From: Selaginella moellendorffii
Lineage: Eukaryota > Plantae > Lycopodiophyta
Direction: 5' to 3'
Assembly (NCBI RefSeq): GCF_000143415.4
Contig: NW_003314474.1
Span: 1 to 45,011, forward strand
DNA: 45,011 bases
Position numbers and translations under genes: made by a program. Below the pieces are notes generated by a model that did not search any database, was not told where the DNA came from, and saw only the letters and a program-made list of their open reading frames with translations. Shown here piece after piece: positions 24,377 to 32,391 of the stretch; position 1 is the first letter of the stretch, and every line of letters begins with the position of its first letter.

Positions 24377-25981
24377 CTAAGATTTAAGCCGCCCAGCCAT
24401 GAAATGGATGCTCGAGAGAAGCACCGACGCTGCCTCTCCGCCTCCCATCCGTGGATCGAGCTCCATCACTCGCTGCATCACACGTGATTCACGGCAAGAA
24501 TCCTTGTAGCTTCGACACGCCCCCAGCAAGCACGTCCACTCGAGAATATTTGGCTCGAATGGCATGCTCGCGATGAGCTCCTCGGCGAAATCCAGATGCC
24601 CTGCCCGGCCCAGGAGATCCACCACGCAGCAGTAGTGCTGCTTGCTCGGCCGAAGGCCGTGATCCATCGCCATCGACACGAAGTAGCTCCTCCCTTTGAA
24701 CGTCTTGCCTGTGTGATTGCAAGCGATGAGCACGGCGAGGAAGGAGAGCGGGCGCGGCTCCAGCACCATCTGAATCTCATGAAATCGATCGATCACCGCG
24801 GTGGAATGGCCGCTGCTCGCGAATCCGGCCAGCATTGCCCCCTGTGACACAATCCCAGGCTCCGGCATGGAATCAAAGAGCTTCTTGGCCGCGGCGAGAC
24901 GACCTAGCTGCGCAGTGGCGGCGAGGAGCGCCGTCCACGATATTTCGTCCCGCGGCATGCCGAAGAACAGCGATCTGGCCTCGTCGATCTGCCCGCTCCG
25001 CAAGAACGCGCACAGAATCGTGTTCCAGGAGACCTGATTCCGCTGTAGCATGCGATCGAAGAAGCGCTTGGCGTGATCGCAGTGGCCGCTCGACGAGTAG
25101 GCATCCAGCATCGCATTGAGCGCCACCGTGTTGTGATGCGGCATTAGATCGAAAACCCTTGTCGCGTGCTCTAGCAAGCCATTGCGAGAATAAGCCGTAA
25201 CCATAGCGGTCCAAGAAACGATGCTGTGCTCGGGCATATTCTCAAACACGCGCGCGGCGTCTTCCAGATGCCCGTTCTCGGCAAGGGCCGACACCATCGC
25301 ATTCCAGGCCACAACGCATCCCTCTGGCATCTTCTCATAGACTTTCTTGGCATGTTCTATGTTCCCACTTTCGCAGCAGGCTACTAACAAGGTGGTCCAC
25401 GTAAAGAGATCCGTTTGGGGCATATTCTCGAACGTAGTCCACGCATCGTCTAGATGCCCGACACGGGCATATGCCGCTAGCATGGAGTTCCACGTGACGA
25501 TGCTATGCTCGGGCATATTCTCAAACACGTCTCTGGCTTGGAAAAGATTCGCGCTCTGCCCATACAATGTCAGGATGCTTGTGTACGACACGAGATTCCA
25601 CAGAGGCATTCTTTCAAAGAGTCTAATAGCCTCGAGAATATGCCCTGTTTGGGTATATGCTCCGAGCAGGGCATTCCAGGAAATAAGATCCCGATGTGGC
25701 ATCTGCGCAAAGAGGCGCTGCGTCTGGAGAAGATTCCCACCCTCAGCATATACTAGAAGCATCGTGGTCCATGAGATTTGGTTGTGGTACGGCATAGCCT
25801 GGAATGTGGACATGGCTTTGTCGTGATGGCTGTGCCGGGCAAGTAGCGATAGCATGGTATTCCATGACACAATGTCACGATGTGGCATGGAATAAAAGAT
25901 GTTCTCGGCATCTTCGATGCTAGATGACCTTGAGAGCATCAAATTCCACGAGAAAGTATCCTTTGGTGGAGCTATAGCCAT
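24377..25981 (-). CDS. Intronless PLS-class PPR protein (long 31-aa S-type repeat array plus E domain, no DYW)
   Basis: Repeating SWN.ML..Y...G....A...F..MP units. C-terminal HYCCVVDLLGRAGHL...MPFEP...WTCLLGAC. Confidence 0.88.
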   Translation of the reverse strand: MAIAPPKDTFSWNLMLSRSSSIEDAENIFYSMPHRDIVSWNTMLSLLARHSHHDKAMSTFQAMPYHNQISWTTMLLVYAEGGNLLQTQRLFAQMPHRDLISWNALLGAYTQTGHILEAIRLFERMPLWNLVSYTSILTLYGQSANLFQARDVFENMPEHSIVTWNSMLAAYARVGHLDDAWTTFENMPQTDLFTWTTLLVACCESGNIEHAKKVYEKMPEGCVVAWNAMVSALAENGHLEDAARVFENMPEHSIVSWTAMVTAYSRNGLLEHATRVFDLMPHHNTVALNAMLDAYSSSGHCDHAKRFFDRMLQRNQVSWNTILCAFLRSGQIDEARSLFFGMPRDEISWTALLAATAQLGRLAAAKKLFDSMPEPGIVSQGAMLAGFASSGHSTAVIDRFHEIQMVLEPRPLSFLAVLIACNHTGKTFKGRSYFVSMAMDHGLRPSKQHYCCVVDLLGRAGHLDFAEELIASMPFEPNILEWTCLLGACRSYKDSCRESRVMQRVMELDPRMGGGEAASVLLSSIHFMAGRLKS

Positions 25982-26010
25982 CCGGGAAGTTAGTAAGACT
26001 TAGCAATGGA

Positions 26011-27438
26011 ATGGCTACTCGCGAAGCTACTTATCGCTCTAATCTGCTAATCCAGCACTTCTTTCTTCATGGGCGAATTCTTGAAGCAGAGCTCGAGTTT
26101 TCCAAGAGATCGCACAGAAACGTTTTCTCCTGGAACATACTGATTACTGGGCTTTTGCGAGCGCGGCTAATCGATCGAGCGACACGAGCTTTTGAAATAA
26201 TGCCTCAGAGAAATGCTGTTTCGTGGACCGCGCTTTTTCTTGCTTATGCCGACATTGGGCATTTGCAAAACGCGGAAGCGCTGTTTGATGGGATGCCAGA
26301 GAAAGATATCGTTTCTTGGAACGGGATTATAAGTGTGTTTTCCCGCGAGCTTTTATATGATCGAGCAAAACATTATTTCGATAAGAGTCCAGCAAAGGAC
26401 ATTGCGTCCTGGACCAGCCTTGTTACTGCTTATGCCAAAGTTGGGCATTTTCAGGATGCGTATGATGTCTTGAACAAAATGCCGGCCCAAAACGTACATT
26501 CTTCAAATGCGGGCATGCTCGCTCAAGTACGGACGGGTAGTTTGTCTGGTCCCAGGTTCCAATTCGACCGCTTGCCAGAACGAAGTTGTGTTTCGTGGAG
26601 TACTTTACTAACGGCATATGCCCAAAACGGGCATTTGCAAAATGCAAGATTTGTTCTTGACTTGATGCCTTGCCACGAACTTTACTCGTGGACGAGCATG
26701 ATCGCCGCATACGCGAAGTGTGGAGAGCTTGAAAGTGCAAAGAAAGCATTTGATTCCTTGGTATTCAAAGATCCTGTTACGTGGGCGGCCATTGTCGGGG
26801 CATATGCCCAAAACGGGCAATGCAGGAAAGCCATTGATTTCTTCCGGGTAATGGACCTCGAGGGCTGCGGGCATTTTTACGACAAGTTTATCTTTGTTAC
26901 CATCCTTGATGCTTGTGCGGATGTCTCTGAATTTACCATGGGTAAGTTACTCCTCGAGGAATGTGATTTTAGAGCTAGCGACGTTACAACGAATGTAATC
27001 GTGAATTTCTATGGCCGGTGTGGCAAGGTGGATTTGGCAAAAATCTTTTTTGATCGAACCTTGGTACGGAAGAACAATGTGACTTGGAACACGATGATCA
27101 CGGCATATTCGCAGAATGGAGAGGCTCAAGGGGCGATAGATGCTTTCCAAGGAATGGTTTTGGAGGGAATCGAGCCAAACGGTGTGACTTTCCTTGGCAT
27201 ATTGCTGGCTTGCAGCCATGGAGGCTTGTTCGCTGATGGAATCGATTATATGCGAATTGGAATCTCGGATTTCTGGATTGAACCAGTACTGGATCACTAC
27301 GTTTGCATTGTCGATCTCTTGTGTAAGATCGGGAGAGTTGAGGATGTGGAAGAATTGATTGAGAGAATGCCATTCGAGCCAAACCAAGTGGCTCAGAATG
27401 CTGTTCTTGGAGCTTACAAGTTGCATACTTCTTTGTAA
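26011..27438 (+). CDS. Intronless PLS-class PPR protein with truncated E domain
   Basis: 31-aa repeats then P/L/S motifs. Ends HYVCIVDLLCKIG...MPFEPN...VLGAYKLH*. Confidence 0.85.
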   Translation: MATREATYRSNLLIQHFFLHGRILEAELEFSKRSHRNVFSWNILITGLLRARLIDRATRAFEIMPQRNAVSWTALFLAYADIGHLQNAEALFDGMPEKDIVSWNGIISVFSRELLYDRAKHYFDKSPAKDIASWTSLVTAYAKVGHFQDAYDVLNKMPAQNVHSSNAGMLAQVRTGSLSGPRFQFDRLPERSCVSWSTLLTAYAQNGHLQNARFVLDLMPCHELYSWTSMIAAYAKCGELESAKKAFDSLVFKDPVTWAAIVGAYAQNGQCRKAIDFFRVMDLEGCGHFYDKFIFVTILDACADVSEFTMGKLLLEECDFRASDVTTNVIVNFYGRCGKVDLAKIFFDRTLVRKNNVTWNTMITAYSQNGEAQGAIDAFQGMVLEGIEPNGVTFLGILLACSHGGLFADGIDYMRIGISDFWIEPVLDHYVCIVDLLCKIGRVEDVEELIERMPFEPNQVAQNAVLGAYKLHTSL

Positions 27439-27458
27439 CTTTGTGTAGCTTCCATCTA

Positions 27459-29333
27459 ATGAAAAATCTTCGATCTGATTGCCTCCGTTTGATCCAATCT
27501 TGCAAGTCACTGGCAGCAGCCCAAGAAATCCACCGCCAGCTCCAAGAAGTGTGGAGTTTTGAGGATGTGTTTCTGTGCAACAAGATGCTGGAGCTCTACA
27601 GCAAGTGTGGGAGCTTGGAGATGGCAAAGAAAATATTCGATGGAATAATCACGAAGAACACCTTCAGTTGGGTGCTGATGATCACTGCGTACGTGAGACG
27701 CGATCTCAGTGATGACGCGAAAGAATGCTTCACAAAGATGCCCATGCTGGATGTTGTAGCTTGCAATGTAATGCTAAGTTTATATTCCCAAGTTGGGGAT
27801 CTTCAAGAGGCTAGATTCCTGTTTGATTCCATGCTTGAGAGGGATCTAGTGTCATGGACGGCTGTGATTGACGCACATGCCCAGAATGGACATCTACTGC
27901 AAAGTGAGCACCTGTTTTCGCAAATACCGCAGAGGAATCTTGTTGCATGGACTGCAATGCTTGTGGCATATGCCCAAACTGGGCATCTTGTGGATGCGAA
28001 AAGGATTTTCACTGAGATGCCTGAGCACGATATTGTGGTCTGGAATGCCATGCTAGCTGCATACGTACAAAACGGATTATTTGACGATGCCAGACTCAGT
28101 TTTGATGAGATGCCACAAACGAATCTCGTCAGCTTGAATTCCATGCTGGCTGCATTTGGCCAAAGCGAAAATCTGCAATTAGCTGTTAATCTATTTGAAA
28201 ACATGCCTGAGCATGACTTGATCTCATGGAATTCCATGTTATATGTTTATTCGCAGCACGGGCATCTTAAGCGAGCAGAGGAAATATTCCAGAAGATGCC
28301 GCGACGTAGCATCATCTCTTGGACGTCGATGCTTACAGCATATGCTCAGCATGGGAATCATTCCGACGCAGAAAGGATATACCACGAAATGCCAACAAGG
28401 AATCTAGTGTCGTCAAACACGATGATAGCATTATACGGAGAATCTGGCCACCTCTCCACAGCCACAGCCATGTTCCACGCACTGCCCCAGCGGAATCTAG
28501 CATCCTGGAACGCCACACTCGCGGCATATTCCCGAAACGGGCATCTAGAGCACGCAAAGGACATGTTTGATGTGATGCCACAGAGGGATCTTGTCTCGTG
28601 GACGACTATAATGGCAGCATTTTACCAGCACGGCTTTCTATCACTAGCTACACGAATCTTCTCCAGCATGCCCGAGCAGATACCAGAATCCTGGAACGCG
28701 ATGCTCACGGCATATTCGCAAAGCGGCCACCTTTGCAAGGCAAAGAGCCTCTACGATTCCATGCCGGAGAGAGACCTGGTCTCCTGGACGGCTATGATCG
28801 CAGCTTATACCCAAAACGGGCATCCCCTCGCGGCCATGGAAGCTTTCCACGCGGGAAAGCTGAGCAAAACTCCCGACCAAGTCTGCTTCGTGCTCGCCTT
28901 ACTCGCTTGCAGCCACGCCGGCAAAGTGGAGCTCGGGATAAACTGGTTCTCTTCCATGATCTCCGACTTTGAGATCACGGCGAGCAAGCATCACTACTGC
29001 TGCGTGATCGATCTCTTCTCGCGAGCCGGGCACCTGGACGAGGCCAGGGATCTCATCGCCAACATGCCGTTCGCTCCCGAGGCCCTGGAATGGGTGTGCT
29101 TCCTGAGCTCGTGTAAGAGCCACAGTGATCTCCAGCATACCTCGCAAGCTGTGAATGCGGTGCTCGAGCTTCGCGGTGGCGATGGCTTCGCCGCCTCGGC
29201 TTGTCTCTTGCTTGCGAATCTGTACTCTAACTACAACGATAGTACTGTAAGCACGTGTAAGAAGAAAAAGAGAAGCTTTTTGACGAGTAAAGTTCTTCCA
29301 GAAAGAAAGTTTCTTGGAGCTTCCCTGCTATAG
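27459..29333 (+). CDS. Intronless PLS-class PPR protein (S-repeat array plus E domain, no DYW)
   Basis: Long run of 31-aa repeats, HYCCVIDLFSRAGHL...MPFAP...W.CFLSSC. First ATG at 27459. Confidence 0.88.
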   Translation: MKNLRSDCLRLIQSCKSLAAAQEIHRQLQEVWSFEDVFLCNKMLELYSKCGSLEMAKKIFDGIITKNTFSWVLMITAYVRRDLSDDAKECFTKMPMLDVVACNVMLSLYSQVGDLQEARFLFDSMLERDLVSWTAVIDAHAQNGHLLQSEHLFSQIPQRNLVAWTAMLVAYAQTGHLVDAKRIFTEMPEHDIVVWNAMLAAYVQNGLFDDARLSFDEMPQTNLVSLNSMLAAFGQSENLQLAVNLFENMPEHDLISWNSMLYVYSQHGHLKRAEEIFQKMPRRSIISWTSMLTAYAQHGNHSDAERIYHEMPTRNLVSSNTMIALYGESGHLSTATAMFHALPQRNLASWNATLAAYSRNGHLEHAKDMFDVMPQRDLVSWTTIMAAFYQHGFLSLATRIFSSMPEQIPESWNAMLTAYSQSGHLCKAKSLYDSMPERDLVSWTAMIAAYTQNGHPLAAMEAFHAGKLSKTPDQVCFVLALLACSHAGKVELGINWFSSMISDFEITASKHHYCCVIDLFSRAGHLDEARDLIANMPFAPEALEWVCFLSSCKSHSDLQHTSQAVNAVLELRGGDGFAASACLLLANLYSNYNDSTVSTCKKKKRSFLTSKVLPERKFLGASLL

Positions 29334-30909
29334 AACGATGTCGTAGCCTCTGACCCAAACGACTGTGGCGAAGAAGACGATGCAAAGTAGAACTCCCAGG
29401 CCGATCGATGTCATAGCGTAGACGTAAGCTCTCCACGGCTTGTCTCCCTTGGCTAGTGTGTGAACTTCGACAACAAACGTTGACACTGTGCTGAGGCATC
29501 CCAAAGTTCCCAGATGGAGTGCTCCGATCCACAGCGTCGACTCGTGGTTGTTCCTTGCCTGAAGAAAGAAAGAATCAGCTCTGACCAAAGTTTTAAAGCG
29601 AGAGGTACGTACTGCGAGCTGGACAGCCGAGAGAGTGGCACCTGTGAGGCACGCCAGGAGATTTGCTGCCAGCGTACCCCACGGGATCCATCTCAGTGTC
29701 TTCGAATGTCCGAGTCCTTTGCCGTTGTGTCTAGCGAGTAGCCATCTCAGCCAAACGCCTGGCGGGCTCAAAACGCAGGCAAGCCACAAAGTCCGTCTCT
29801 CCAAATTGTTAATGTCCTCGACTCCCAGAGACAGGAACAGTGTCCACAAGACCAGAGCCGTTGTCAGAAAAATCAAGAGGCCCTTGAGCTTTCTCTGGAC
29901 ATTATCAGCCGCGACTTCTGTGAGCTTTAGCCAGATCAGGAGAGAGCGAAACCATTCTGCTGACTGCATTCCCACCAGTAAAGACATCATCGACAGTTCC
30001 ATGCCTGTATTTAAGATCAAACGGGCGAGTTACGAGATGTTTATAGAGTAAGCAAGAGCGCCTTACCGACAAGAAGGCCGATGACACCTCTTAACCATAA
30101 ACCTTTGGTCATAACAACGACCAGCTTGACGATCCACGACGAGAAGGTTGTGATGCTACCCATGAGTCCGGTCGAGAGCCCAAGAGCTAAATGCTCCGAA
30201 AAGTGTGAGATATCCTTTTTGAGCACACAGCCCACCCATCCCATGAAGAATGAACCGAACTTACAAAACCAAAAAAGAAAGAGATTTAGCTCTTGTATGA
30301 GCTCCGGGCCTTCGGTTCTCTTACCATATTTGCCGCAAGATCATGAAAAAGAGCTGTTTGCGCGCTTGTGACATGTCCAACATTGTCAAACAGCCGCCCG
30401 AGGCTGTACCGGATTAGAACCTGCAAAGGGGACAAAGGACATGTGATTAGAAGCGCATGAAGCATCCACTTTACTCACGCCTAAAACTCCAAAAGCCGCC
30501 AGATGAGCGAGAACAGAGGTATTTTCCAGTAGCGAGCAAAACTTCTTGGGCGGCTGCTGCACATCAGAAAAGCTTTAAGCAACAACGAAACTGAAGACGA
30601 AGAAGAAGAAAAAAATGATGAGCGACTGAGAAAGCATACTTCATCAGGGTCGTTCTTGTTAACAGGGACTGCATCCAGCATTTGTCCCGCTTGTATGAGG
30701 TCTTCGAAAGCCACATTGACGTATGGAGAAACCGGAGACGTTGTTTGGGGTGTTCGAGGTGTCACAAATCCAGGATCAGGAGGAGTTGACCCGTCGTAAG
30801 GAGACAATGGAGCAGGCGACAGTGTGTCGTAGTCGGAAATATTTTCCGAAGTTGTCGCACACAGAGCTTCCATGGATATAGTATGCTTGTCACTTCCAGC
30901 TTGCTGCAT
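29328..30909 (-). CDS. FEX1: Fluoride export protein FEX (tandem CrcB/Fluc domains), multi-exon
   Basis: HLAAFGVLG|VLIRY, DLAANM|FGSFFMGW, GLSTGLMGSITTFS, PPGVWLRWLLA, WGTLAANL, GTLGCLSTVSTFVVE. Start taken as MQQAG at 30909. Confidence 0.9.
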
Positions 30910-32391
30910 GATTCGATCGCTATCCAGAAGGTTTGATCTGGATCGCCTCTGCAACAAACGGGAAAGAGATTGAGAAGCACACACAGAGAAAGAAAGCCAG
31001 AAAGAAAGGAACAGAAACCAACCGTCCAGTAGAGCTTGTGAGCTGCTGCTTTCTCGGCTCTGCTCTTTGCAGCCCTCTCCCAGTCCGTTGTGTTTCATAT
31101 GCTTAACAAGAGATAAGCAGAAGCCCGGGTACACCAAATTGAGCCGAGTAAAAGCTTGAGCTGGACCAACTTGAAAGAGGGCCAGACTGAATCGCACACT
31201 TCTCCTCTCTACGAAACAGCTCGTATTTTCAGGCGACGACACAAAGCACTCATAGCTACACTGGTTTGTTAACGTTGGTTAACCCAGACCCAGCGAATAA
31301 ACACAATCACCACCTCGAACTGCGTGATTTAACTTACACTCACTAACACAAGGCACAGGGAAGAAACTCCTCTCAGAGTTAGACTGGGATCCACCGGAAG
31401 AGAAGCGGCTACACTAACTCTCAAACCCGGACAAGCAGAATCAGACTCAAAGCAAATTCCGTGCTCGAAGATAAGCCACGGAAGGCACAAAGTACGCAAG
31501 GCTCCTCATAGTACCTCAGCAATAATAATATACATAGCAGGGACTGGGCAATGATCGCGCTCTCGCGCTCCCTCGCCGCTGGAGTTACCAGCTAAAGAGC
31601 TCACTCACACCCACACACAAACGCCTCAAGGCAATCAGGAAATTAAAGAGAAGGACAGTAACCAGTACCGGGCTCGATGAATCATCAAAAAATTTTCACG
31701 TGACAAGCTGCAAAGCAAAATCTACGAGTGAGAGCATAGCCTCAAAACGAAATTCATTACCGATCGAAGGAAGCCGGGCCGCCGCCGCCCCTGAATACCA
31801 CCGCGCTCGCAGCAGCGCCTCCCCAAAGTCAAACCTACCCTAAACGCGACAAGTTTGACACGGCATATTCGCCCGTCTGGACGATGTTTTCCCGTCGCCT
31901 CGCCGAAAGAAAAGTTGGCCCGAGCACCACGTCTTCGTTCCCCTGTCCCTTTCACTCCGTGATTCCACACTAACTAGGTAAGCTGTTCCTCCCAAGGCCA
32001 GGAAAAAGGAGTGGAAAAGAAAAGAATTTTTCTTGCTTTCCCTGTCCTTGAGACACCTGTATCGATCACCGCCATCCAAGGCTTTGTACCTGAAGTGAAA
32101 GATTCGCAAATCTTTCGCTCCGCCCCACTTGTTTTCAAAGTAGCCGATGTGACGCACACCTGCTGCCGTAGGCATTATACGACCGCCCTCAGTACGCCAA
32201 ACGCCCACGTGAAGCCTTCCCTGGAAGTTATCGCCTCATAAATCCCCCGCCCGCGTGGCAGCCTCCTCTCCACGGGATAAAATCCAGCCCAGGTCCACCT
32301 ACCTTCGCTCTCCCGCCAGAAATTTTTCTTCCCAGGCGCGACCGCCAAGAACCCAGTGCGTGAATTTTGCTGGTGAATTCGTCCGCATTGG

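Noticed and set aside
30481-31242. 253-aa ORF as a separate gene
   Set aside because: It is FEX exon 1 read through stop-free introns and leader sequence.
30910-31850. Fluoride riboswitch upstream of FEX
   Set aside because: No match to the bacterial/archaeal crcB motif consensus could be seen by eye.
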